Shown one piece after another: positions 8,529 through 16,322 of a stretch of DNA of 39,592 nucleotides. Position numbers and translations under genes: made by a program. Source of the stretch: Planctomycetia bacterium. GTDB lineage: Bacteria; Planctomycetota; Planctomycetia; Gemmatales; Gemmataceae. Numbering within the stretch: the first letter of the stretch is position 1; the number at the start of each line of letters is the position of its first letter. Under the pieces are notes generated by a model, which saw only the letters and a list, made by a program, of their open reading frames with translations, made no database searches and was not told where the DNA came from. The DNA lies in contig JANNQE010000485.1 in NCBI GenBank assembly GCA_031441625.1, positions 1-39,592 on the forward strand. The letters are read 5' to 3'.

Positions 8529-9017
8529 ATGGCGAACCACGAGTGGAGCGAAGGGCGATCCATAGGCGGGCTGAAAGGCGTCGCCGGGAGCGTGACGGAC
8601 TGCTCGGACTGGGAATCGGACATCCCCGAAGCGATGTGGAGCGAAGGGCGATCCGTCAGCGGGGCGAAAGGGGTGCCGGGGAGTGTCACGGATTGCGCCG
8701 GGTGGGAGGTGAAATCCCCAGTGTGGCTCGTAGTGAAGCTACGCTATCCGACCGGCATGTCGGCCGAGGTGGTGGCCGAACACGCCCACCGGATCGTCGA
8801 AGCACTGAAAGCGATTGACCCCGGCTTGGGGTTACAGTACGACCGCGAGCGGACGATCATGGTGGATGGGCAAGTAGCGGTGGCGGTGAGTCCGACCGTG
8901 TTTCCGGTTGAATTGGAGGAGCGGTTGGCTCGGCTGATCGCACCGGGTCGGCAGATCGATGCCACCGTGCCCGTGGTCGGCATCTCGCTCGAGTGGGAAC
9001 ACCCGCTGGCGGTGTGA
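8529..9017 (+). CDS. Hypothetical protein, 162 aa, with two N-terminal 31-aa tandem repeats
   Basis: This is the terminal part of track ORF 7068-9017. The ATG at 8529 is in frame. The repeats are WSEGRSIGGLKGVAGSVTDCSDWES and WSEGRSVSGAKGVPGSVTDCAGWEV. The C-terminal half has ordinary globular composition. Confidence 0.55.
   Translation: MANHEWSEGRSIGGLKGVAGSVTDCSDWESDIPEAMWSEGRSVSGAKGVPGSVTDCAGWEVKSPVWLVVKLRYPTGMSAEVVAEHAHRIVEALKAIDPGLGLQYDRERTIMVDGQVAVAVSPTVFPVELEERLARLIAPGRQIDATVPVVGISLEWEHPLAV
8543..8712 (+). repeat. In-frame tandem duplication, period 93 nt (2 copies)
   Basis: GTGGAGCGAAGGGCGATCC occurs at 8543 and again at 8636. Similarity continues to TGGGA(A/G) at offset 67 of each copy. 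Confidence 0.8.
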
Positions 9018-9104
9018 CTCCTATCCGAATCAGTGGTGATCGGTTCGCCGCCATGAAACCCCACACACGCCTAAAGGATCGTCGCATCAGTACAGGACTC
9101 GCGC

Positions 9105-9659
9105 ATGATGCTCACCGCCTGCCCGAAATGCCTACGCCGGCTGAAAGTGGCACCTGGCCGGCCGGACAGGGTACTTACTTGCCCGGCGTGCCGGACCAAG
9201 TTCCAACTGCATTTGTCGGAATGTGTCTTGCCACTCGTGCCCGTCGATCCGGTGGCCGCCTCGCTGTCCCAACCTATCCCGTACCACTCGGAAGCACTGC
9301 CGCCGTCTAGCCAGGCGTGTGTGATGCCCGGTTTGCCGAGCGTGTTCGCCGCAGCGCCCCCGTATCAACCCGTCACGATGACGGCTCTAGTTCCTCCTCC
9401 GTCAACCTCACCCGAACCCGCACAACTCACGAAGAGCGAAGCCGAAGTGATCCTCTCCTCGAACTTGGTCGAACACGCGAGGTTGAAGTTTCGCGTCCTC
9501 GTCGAACCTGGAACGACTAAGGAGACCGTCCAGCACCACCTGTTGGAGATTTACCGCGCGCTGAATGACTATCTCGTCGAGCGGTTCGGCACCTACCTGC
9601 CCGCGAATGACTTTCGCCGTCTCGTGGCCGATGAGGCTTTGAGGTCGGCGAAGGCATGA
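9105..9659 (+). CDS. MJ0042-type zinc-ribbon protein with Pro-rich linker and C-terminal alpha/beta module
   Basis: CPKCLRRLKV...LTCPACRTKFQL is a CxxC...CxxC ribbon. It is followed by a P/S-rich linker and then KFRVLVEPGTTKETVQHHLLEIYRALNDYL. Confidence 0.6.
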   Translation: MMLTACPKCLRRLKVAPGRPDRVLTCPACRTKFQLHLSECVLPLVPVDPVAASLSQPIPYHSEALPPSSQACVMPGLPSVFAAAPPYQPVTMTALVPPPSTSPEPAQLTKSEAEVILSSNLVEHARLKFRVLVEPGTTKETVQHHLLEIYRALNDYLVERFGTYLPANDFRRLVADEALRSAKA

Positions 9660-9874
9660 GCAGCCCACCTCCGCCCACTCCCAACGACTTCGACGCAGAC
9701 TTCGATGCCAAGATGGCCCGCCTCGAAGCCGAGGCCGCGAAAAGGGCGGCCGCACGCTCTGAGGCGTCCGAGGAGCGTACTGCCGCGGCGAAAGCCAAAT
9801 TAGATCAAGTGCTCCTCGATTCATCAGATGCGGGCTTCGATGTGCAGATGACGATCAACGGTCCCGAGTCCTGA
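9656..9874 (+). CDS. Small hypothetical protein, 72 aa (Ala/Glu-rich, helical)
   Basis: ATGA start/stop overlap with the previous gene at 9656-9659. The composition is low-complexity, so coding status is only moderately supported. Confidence 0.4.
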   Translation: MSSPPPPTPNDFDADFDAKMARLEAEAAKRAAARSEASEERTAAAKAKLDQVLLDSSDAGFDVQMTINGPES

Positions 9875-10047
9875 AGGTTGCGGCTTCCCCCCCGCCGGCC
9901 TACTCTGGAACGCATCTCTCCTGTGCGTCCCACGAGTTCGGTCATGTCCGCTGCTTCTCCAAACATCACCAGTGTGCTGAAAGAGTCCCGCCTGTTCCCG
10001 GTGCCTGGGACGAAAACACCACTCCAAGACCCGGCCGGCCGCCCGCA

Positions 10048-11616
10048 CTACGGAAGCGGATCGCCCGCCGACGGGCACACGCGGTACACGTCGTCGGCCA
10101 CGGCGCGGGCGAAGGCTTCCACCTCCCCACGGCCGAACGCATCGGGCGAGCGGCTGCCGATGAGCACGACGAGCCGACCCGCCGGCTCCGACGGCGGGTC
10201 GGACCACCGAGCGGCGGCCCGGCTCAACAGGTGATCCAGTCGCAACCCGGCTTGTGCCTCGGATTCGTCGGCCGGCCCCCACACCCGTCGGCCGGTCTGC
10301 GTCCAGTAGAGTACGTACAGGTCGCCGCCCGCTCCGCTCAATGCCCGCGACGTGACCGGCAATTCCCCCCCGCCGCGCGGCGTCATGTTCACCACACCCC
10401 GACTGGTCTCGCGGTAGCCGACGTTCGGCAAGCAGATGTCCGGGTGGTGGTAGCCGCGGACGGCGTGGGCGGAGGTCCAGTAGATGACCCACACCGTCGC
10501 CGAGCGGCCGAGCGGGTTGCGGTACTCGCGGTGGATGATGGCGTCGGGTTGAAGTAACTCGGTCACGTGCGGCGGCACCGGCGGGCGGGCGACTTCGGCC
10601 CACTCGCCCAGTGTCGGCGACAGGTCGTCGAGCGGCGGCGTGGGGACCGGCGGCGGCACGAGCGTGCGTCCGTGCCACACCACCAGTGCAGATGCGACGA
10701 GGGAGATGGTCAACACGATGGCGACGAACCACGGCGATGCGGGCAGTGGGCCAGTGGCAACAAGTGGTTCGATCGGTTGCGGCTTCGGTGCCACGCACTT
10801 CGCCAGCAGCCACACCACGCCCAGCCCGACCAGCACCGTGCCGAAGCCGAGGGCGTCGTGCCACCCGCCGCGGATGAACTCCGCACCCGCCGCCTCCTGA
10901 ATCACCCCGCTGAGCGTCACCCGCAGCACGTTCACCCCCACCACCACCGGCACCGCCGCGGCGACGAGCAGCACGCCCCGCACCACGCCGAACCGCTTCC
11001 AGAAGGCGACGAACGCCGCGACCGCCGTGAGCGCCGTCAGCGCCTTCACCCCGCTGCACGTCTCCTCGATTCCGAGTTCGCCGCCGGGCAGGACGAGCAG
11101 GAACCCGCCGGGCGGTCGGGTGAGCGGATACCCGCAGGCCGTCAGCACCCACGCGGAGGCGTCCGTCGTCACCGCCTGCAAGCGCTGTTGGATGACGTGC
11201 AGGACCGATTCCGGCGGGGGGAGTGCGAAGGCGACGAAAGCGAGCGGGAAGAGCACCTTCACCACCGCCCGCGGGCCGAACGCGGCGAGCAGCCAGCCGA
11301 CGGCCGCGAGCGTGAGGGCCAGCCACAGCACCCAGAACGGCACACTGCGGGCGTTGAACAGGACGAAGTACCCGGCCCAGCCGACGGGGTACAGCACGGC
11401 ACCGAGGGACGTGAACAGCCCGCCGACGAACGGCCGAGGGGTGGTGGTGGTTACTTCACGCCAGCGCGCGACCGCCGCCAGAATTACACCCGCGAGCACG
11501 AGATAACGGTCCACCGCCGACAGGTCGGCCCGCCAATGGCCGACCACCGCCGCGACCAGGCCGGCGTACCCCGCCGCGAGCACGGCGGGCGGAACGAACT
11601 GGCGGAGGCGGGTCAC
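10048..11616 (-). CDS. Exosortase fused to a C-terminal EpsI-family domain
   Basis: I split this from track ORF 10048-12528 at the in-frame GTG 11616, which forms a GTGA overlap with the upstream stop. It is polytopic. Exosortase catalytic motifs are present: ETCSGVKAL (Cys), NVLRVTLSG (Arg), GGWHDALGFG (His). The C-terminal soluble part has the EpsI-like GYHHPDICLPNVGY motif. Confidence 0.8.
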   Translation of the reverse strand: MTRLRQFVPPAVLAAGYAGLVAAVVGHWRADLSAVDRYLVLAGVILAAVARWREVTTTTPRPFVGGLFTSLGAVLYPVGWAGYFVLFNARSVPFWVLWLALTLAAVGWLLAAFGPRAVVKVLFPLAFVAFALPPPESVLHVIQQRLQAVTTDASAWVLTACGYPLTRPPGGFLLVLPGGELGIEETCSGVKALTALTAVAAFVAFWKRFGVVRGVLLVAAAVPVVVGVNVLRVTLSGVIQEAAGAEFIRGGWHDALGFGTVLVGLGVVWLLAKCVAPKPQPIEPLVATGPLPASPWFVAIVLTISLVASALVVWHGRTLVPPPVPTPPLDDLSPTLGEWAEVARPPVPPHVTELLQPDAIIHREYRNPLGRSATVWVIYWTSAHAVRGYHHPDICLPNVGYRETSRGVVNMTPRGGGELPVTSRALSGAGGDLYVLYWTQTGRRVWGPADESEAQAGLRLDHLLSRAAARWSDPPSEPAGRLVVLIGSRSPDAFGRGEVEAFARAVADDVYRVCPSAGDPLP

Positions 11617-12974
11617 GGCTTCTTCGGCTCGTCCTTCTTGGCGGGCAACTTCTTCGCCACGTCGTCCAGCAGTGCCTTCGCGTCGGCACGGTAAATGAAC
11701 ATGCCGTGCCTCACGCCGAGTGCGCCCGTCAGCAACTTGTGCGCGTCCTCGTGCTTCTGCTTGTCGGCCAGCAGTTTGGCGACGAAGTACGCACCGTCCG
11801 AACTCACCTGCCCGCCGCTGAGCACCGTCGCCAGTGCCCGCTCCGCGTCGTCCGCACGCCCCAGTTTGTACAGGCACCAGCCGAGAACGGCGTACCCAGC
11901 CGCCCCCTTCGGGTTCTGCTTCACCAGCGTGTCGGCCAGCTCCGCCCCCCGCTTCCGCTTCTTCTCGTCGCCCGTCTCGCACAGGCACAGGCAGAGGAAT
12001 GAGAGCGAGTTCAGGTCGCCGGGGGCGTCCTTGGACACGCCTTCGAGCAGCGGCTCGGCGGCGGTCGCGTCCTTCTTGTGTAGCAGCCAGATGGCCCGCG
12101 CCACGGTCGTCTCCTTGCCGCTCGGGTCGAGTTTGCCGGCCGCCTCGATGTACGGCCCGGCCGCGTCCGTCTTGCCCGCGTTCAGCAGCCACAGCCCGTA
12201 CTCCCGCGGCGGCTTGGCGCTCTTCGGGTGGGCGGTCACCGCCTTCTGAAGCCACCCCTCCACCTTCTCGAAGTGGGCGGCCTGCTTGGCGGCGTCGGGT
12301 TCGGCGACGGCCCGCAGTTGCCACTGGTTGGCCAGTTGCAGTTCCGGCGGATCGACACTCGGGTCGTCGGCGAACGCCTGCGTGTACTCCTTCTCCGCCT
12401 CGGCCGGCTTGTCCAGGCGGAACACGGTCGTCGCCAGCCGGCTCCGCATCACGCCGTTCTTCGGGTCGGCGTTCAGCACCTCCAGCGCGTACTCCTTGGC
12501 GGCCGGGTAGTCGCCGCGGGCGAAGCACGTTTCGATCAGCCCGCTCCGCGCTTCACGGGCGAACCGCTTCTTCTGGTCGGCGTCCCAGCGGGCGTCGGCG
12601 GACAGTTCGAGAGCCGCCTTCAGGTTCAGCACCGCATCCGTCAGCCGCCCCTCGCCGAACGCGAAGTTGGCGTTCAGCAGGTAGCCTTCCGGGTGCTTCG
12701 GGTCTTCGACGATGGCCTGCTCGACGAGTGCCCGTGCCCCCTGCCCGTTGCCCGCCTGAAAGAGCCACTGCGCCACCTGCACCTTCGGCGGCGACAAATT
12801 CGGGTTCGTCTTGCCGGCCTTCGCCAGCTTGTCGAGCGCGTCGGGCACCTTGTTCGCCTTGAACAGCTCGAACGCCTGTTCCAGTTCGGTCGGCGTGGCC
12901 GGCTTCGGCGGCGGCGGCGTTTGTGCGAACAGCGGGGCCGCGAGCAGCAGGCACACCAGTGCGGAACGGGTCAC
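11613..12974 (-). CDS. Secreted TPR-repeat protein (PrsT-like context)
   Basis: Start re-called at GTG 12974 (VTRSALVCLLLAAPLFAQ signal peptide), forming a GTGA overlap with the upstream stop. Helical TPR-like repeats run throughout. The tail is Lys-rich. Confidence 0.75.
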   Translation of the reverse strand: MTRSALVCLLLAAPLFAQTPPPPKPATPTELEQAFELFKANKVPDALDKLAKAGKTNPNLSPPKVQVAQWLFQAGNGQGARALVEQAIVEDPKHPEGYLLNANFAFGEGRLTDAVLNLKAALELSADARWDADQKKRFAREARSGLIETCFARGDYPAAKEYALEVLNADPKNGVMRSRLATTVFRLDKPAEAEKEYTQAFADDPSVDPPELQLANQWQLRAVAEPDAAKQAAHFEKVEGWLQKAVTAHPKSAKPPREYGLWLLNAGKTDAAGPYIEAAGKLDPSGKETTVARAIWLLHKKDATAAEPLLEGVSKDAPGDLNSLSFLCLCLCETGDEKKRKRGAELADTLVKQNPKGAAGYAVLGWCLYKLGRADDAERALATVLSGGQVSSDGAYFVAKLLADKQKHEDAHKLLTGALGVRHGMFIYRADAKALLDDVAKKLPAKKDEPKKP

Positions 12975-15079
12975 GGGGTCTCTCGCAGGGTGGCGGGGAG
13001 GGCGTTCAGGTCGTCGTCGTCTTGCGGGGTGCGGGGCAGGCGGCGGGCGGCGGCGACGAGCGGCCGGCCGCGGGCGGTGTCGGTGCGGGTGTGATACGCG
13101 AGCGCCAGGTGAACGCACACGGCGGCGGACGGCGGGCCGAGCGTGCGGGCCGCTTCGAGCGTGGCGATCGCCGCGTCGGTCTGCCCGTTCGCCAACTGCA
13201 CCAGACCGACGACGGCCAACTGCTCGCCGGTCAGGAGTCCGCCGCGGTCGCGCGTGTCGAGCAGCGGGGCCACGTCCTTCATTGCCCGCACCGGGTCGTT
13301 CAATCCCTTCAGCCGCAGGCGACCGAGCATCGCGGCGGTGTCGGCGTCGTCGGGCGCGATGGCGCGAACCCGCTCCAGGGCGAAGGCCGCCTCGCGGGTG
13401 CGCACCGGCTCCCAGCGGGGGCTGCCGTACTCGGCCCAACGAGACAGCAGCACCGCACGAGCGGCGAGTGCGTCCGCGTCGGTCGGCCACCGCAGCAGCG
13501 TGCGGTCGAGCAACTTCAGCGCGTGCGGGGCCAACTCCGCATCGAACGCGGTGTCGGTCAGACCGCGAACCGCCGCCGCCGCGACCGCCGCGTTCTCCCG
13601 CTTCTCCACCCGTTCGAGCCAGTCGGGGAGCAACACACCCAGCCCGGCGTCACGCACCGCACGGGTGTAAATGCGGACGAGCAGCGGCTCGGCCAGGACC
13701 GCCGGCTCGCCCAGGTCGCGGAGCCGCTGCACCGCCCCGTGCGTGTCGCCGGCCTGAAGTTTCAGCCGTACGTCCAGCCGGATGACGCGCGGGTCGGTGG
13801 GGGCAACGGCCGCCGCGTGGCGGAGGGCGATGGCGGCCACGTCCCGCCGCGGGGCGTCAAGGGCGGTCTCGGCGACGAGCAACAGCAGTTGAAGGTTCGT
13901 CGGGTCGGCGGCGGCGGCGGCGGCGAGTGTGCGGAGCGCGTCGTCGGTGCGGTCGGTCGCGCGGAGGAGCAGGGAGTAGAGCGCGAGCAGGCCGGCGTCG
14001 TTTCCGCACGCCTTCAGCCCGGCCCGCACTTCGTCCACGGCCGCCGGCAAGCGGTTCGCCCGCACTTCCGCTTGCGCCAGCCCGTGGTACGCCGCGGCGG
14101 TGGTCGGCGACAGGTCCTTCACCCGCCGCCACACGCGGGCGGTGCGGGCATCGTGCTCCTTCGCCAGCCCGTCCCTCTGCTCGGCGGTCATCTGCTTCGC
14201 CCGGTGCAGTCGGTCGATGGCGGCCGTCAGCCGGTTGCACGACGTGCCGAGCCGAGTGAGCACCGCCGCATCGTCCGACTGCGCCGCGGCGTCGGCCAGT
14301 CGCACCACGGCGGCAATGGCGCTCCCCAGGCGGGCGGGCGGCGGGTCGTCGAACCCGAGCAGGTAGCAGTCGATCAACTCCACCTTCACCGCCGGCGGGT
14401 CGTCGTCCACGCTCGGCGAGTTCAGCACATCGACGACGACATCGTTCACGAACCGGCGGAGCGGGGTGGTGTCGCGTCCGGTGCGGCGGAACAGGTCGTG
14501 CGCGAGCAGTAGGCCGGCGGGCGTGGGTCCACCGGCGGCCGGGTCGGGCAGGCGGTCGAGTTCCGCACGAGCGGTGGTCGGGTCGCCGGCGGCGGTTGCC
14601 GCAAGGGCCACCAGACACCTTGAAATCCAGTCGTCCGGCTCGTGAACCAGCCGCTTGCGGGCTTCGCGGGCGGCCTCGGCCCAACGCCCGCGGCGGGCGT
14701 GCAGGGTGGTCGTCAGCAGGCACAGCCGCGGGTCGTCGGGCGGGGCTTCACCGCTGGAAATGGCTTCGCGGTAGCGGTCGCACAGCGGGTCGGCGGTGAG
14801 CGTGGAAATGGTGTCGAGCGCCGACCACATCTCGGTCTCGTCACCCGCTCGCGCCGCCTTGTCGAACCGCGCCCACTGTTCCACCGCCGCCTGCGCCCGC
14901 TGCCGCTGATCCAGTTTGTTCACCACGACCACCGCACCGATTCCACCGGCGACGACCCCCAGCAGTAGCCCCACACCGACCGCCCACCGCACCCACGGGC
15001 GGGCGGCGCGGACGCGGTCCCACAGGCGGGCGAACCAGCCGGGGCGTGCGGGCGAAGTGGTCGGCGGGGGTACAGCCAT
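12971..15079 (-). CDS. Membrane-anchored TPR-like helical-repeat protein
   Basis: 702 aa. It has a single N-terminal TM (WAVGVGLLLGVVAGGIGAVVVV) followed by Ala/Leu/Arg-rich helical repeats. Confidence 0.7.
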   Translation of the reverse strand: MAVPPPTTSPARPGWFARLWDRVRAARPWVRWAVGVGLLLGVVAGGIGAVVVVNKLDQRQRAQAAVEQWARFDKAARAGDETEMWSALDTISTLTADPLCDRYREAISSGEAPPDDPRLCLLTTTLHARRGRWAEAAREARKRLVHEPDDWISRCLVALAATAAGDPTTARAELDRLPDPAAGGPTPAGLLLAHDLFRRTGRDTTPLRRFVNDVVVDVLNSPSVDDDPPAVKVELIDCYLLGFDDPPPARLGSAIAAVVRLADAAAQSDDAAVLTRLGTSCNRLTAAIDRLHRAKQMTAEQRDGLAKEHDARTARVWRRVKDLSPTTAAAYHGLAQAEVRANRLPAAVDEVRAGLKACGNDAGLLALYSLLLRATDRTDDALRTLAAAAAADPTNLQLLLLVAETALDAPRRDVAAIALRHAAAVAPTDPRVIRLDVRLKLQAGDTHGAVQRLRDLGEPAVLAEPLLVRIYTRAVRDAGLGVLLPDWLERVEKRENAAVAAAAVRGLTDTAFDAELAPHALKLLDRTLLRWPTDADALAARAVLLSRWAEYGSPRWEPVRTREAAFALERVRAIAPDDADTAAMLGRLRLKGLNDPVRAMKDVAPLLDTRDRGGLLTGEQLAVVGLVQLANGQTDAAIATLEAARTLGPPSAAVCVHLALAYHTRTDTARGRPLVAAARRLPRTPQDDDDLNALPATLRETP

Positions 15080-15095
15080 GCGGCACCGAGCGAGG

Positions 15096-16322
15096 TCAGG
15101 TCATGGTAGGGCGGTCTGCGGTGCGGCGGAACACCTCGACAAGTTCACGGGTGAAGCGACCTTCATCGAACGCACGCAATGCCGTTTCCCGGGCGGCGAG
15201 TCCGAGCCGGGTTCGCAGCGCCGTGTCCGTCACCAGTCGGTGAATCGCGGCCGCGAGCGCATCGACATTGCCAGGCGGGTGGCCGATGGCATCCACCCCG
15301 TCGGTGAACAGCTCCACCGCCCCGCCCGCCGCCGACACCACCATCGCACGCCCGCAACTCATGGCTTCCGCGATCGTCAGGCCGAATGGCTCCGGGCGGG
15401 TGCTGGCGTGAACCACCACGTCGAGCATCCGGTAGACGTCCACCGGGTCGGGTTGAAACGGCACGAACTCCACGCGGCCGATCAGCCCGAGTCGGTCGGC
15501 CATTCGCTCCAACTCAACCTGCGTCCACTGCGAGCCGGCGGTGGTGTAGATCGGCCCGCCGACGATGTAGCCCCGCACCCGCAATTCGAGTGGCAACCGG
15601 GCGAGCGCGTTCAGGAAGACGGCGTGCCCCTTCCAGTTCGCGTACGTGGCGACGAGGCCGACGCGGATCACACTTTCCGGTGGCACAGGCATTCCTGCCT
15701 GTGGGAGAGGATCACAGGCAGGAATGCCTGTGCCACCGGCGGGTGCGAAGTGTGCCGTGTCCACGCCGTTCCGCACCACAGAAATCGGCACGCCGGGGAG
15801 CAGCGTCTCCGTGTCTCGACGCACGGCGTCGGAGATCGCCACGGCCCCGGCCACGCCACGCTTCGCCATCTCCAGCAGCCGGGCCATGAGCGGCCGCTCG
15901 GAATAGAAGTCGTGAACGTGCCACGAAATGGGCACCCCGGCCGGCACCGTCACGCGCGCCAACAGGTGCGTTTTCAGGCCGTTGGAATGCACCAACTGAG
16001 GTCGCAGGCGGCGGAGGAGTGTGCGAAATCGGCGGAGGTAGTTCGCGGCGGGAAGAGCGGAAGTGAACGCCGTGCGTGCGAGTGCGAACCCCTTCGCGGC
16101 CCGCCCGCCGTCGCGGAACTGCGTGTCGCCCACTGCCGCCAACGCCGGCGGTAGCGGCAGCACGTCCACCGTCGCGCCGGCGTGTTCGAGTGCCGCACGC
16201 AACGGCCCGTCGGCGAGCAGCACCACCGCGGGGTGATGTTCGCGGACGGCACGCACGGCGGCGAGCAGCACCCGCTCGGCCCCGCCGACCTGCCCGGCCG
16301 GGTTCAGGAAGACGACCCGCAC
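15096..16322 (-). CDS. Glycosyltransferase family 4 (GT-B)
   Basis: Start re-called at GTG 16322 (VRVVFLNPAGQVGGAER), with GGGGAG upstream. The EX7E region is STRPEPFGLTIAEAMSCGRAMVVS. It contains the palindromic insert at 15677-15739. Confidence 0.8.
   Translation of the reverse strand: MRVVFLNPAGQVGGAERVLLAAVRAVREHHPAVVLLADGPLRAALEHAGATVDVLPLPPALAAVGDTQFRDGGRAAKGFALARTAFTSALPAANYLRRFRTLLRRLRPQLVHSNGLKTHLLARVTVPAGVPISWHVHDFYSERPLMARLLEMAKRGVAGAVAISDAVRRDTETLLPGVPISVVRNGVDTAHFAPAGGTGIPACDPLPQAGMPVPPESVIRVGLVATYANWKGHAVFLNALARLPLELRVRGYIVGGPIYTTAGSQWTQVELERMADRLGLIGRVEFVPFQPDPVDVYRMLDVVVHASTRPEPFGLTIAEAMSCGRAMVVSAAGGAVELFTDGVDAIGHPPGNVDALAAAIHRLVTDTALRTRLGLAARETALRAFDEGRFTRELVEVFRRTADRPTMT
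15677..15739. repeat. Perfect 27-bp inverted repeat with a 9-nt loop (63 nt) embedded in-frame in the GT4 gene
   Basis: CCGGTGGCACAGGCATTCCTGCCTGTG (15677-15703), loop GGAGAGGAT, then CACAGGCAGGAATGCCTGTGCCACCGG (15713-15739). Each arm is also internally self-complementary (CACAGGCA-GGAA-TGCCTGTG). Confidence 0.95.

Noticed and set aside
7068-9017. 649-aa plus-strand ORF. The 892-aa ORF at 36887-39565 is a similar case.
   Set aside because: Only the last 162 aa (from ATG 8529) and the last 195 aa (from ATG 38978) respectively have protein-like composition and plausible ribosome-binding sites. The upstream parts run antisense or out of frame through aguB, the mutarotase-like gene and the MFS gene.
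9875-10047. Intrinsic terminator in the convergent gap between the small-protein operon and the exosortase gene.
   Set aside because: Only weak stems are present (for example ACGCA-N9-TGCGT, and the self-complementary CCGGCCGG), and no T/U tract follows them. This is not enough to call a terminator.
10048-12528. A single 826-aa ORF spanning the exosortase and part of the TPR gene region.
   Set aside because: The N-terminal 304 residues are Arg/Gly/Ala-rich junk read out of frame across the TPR gene. The in-frame GTG at 11616 overlaps the TPR gene stop (GTGA) and starts directly at the first exosortase TM segment.
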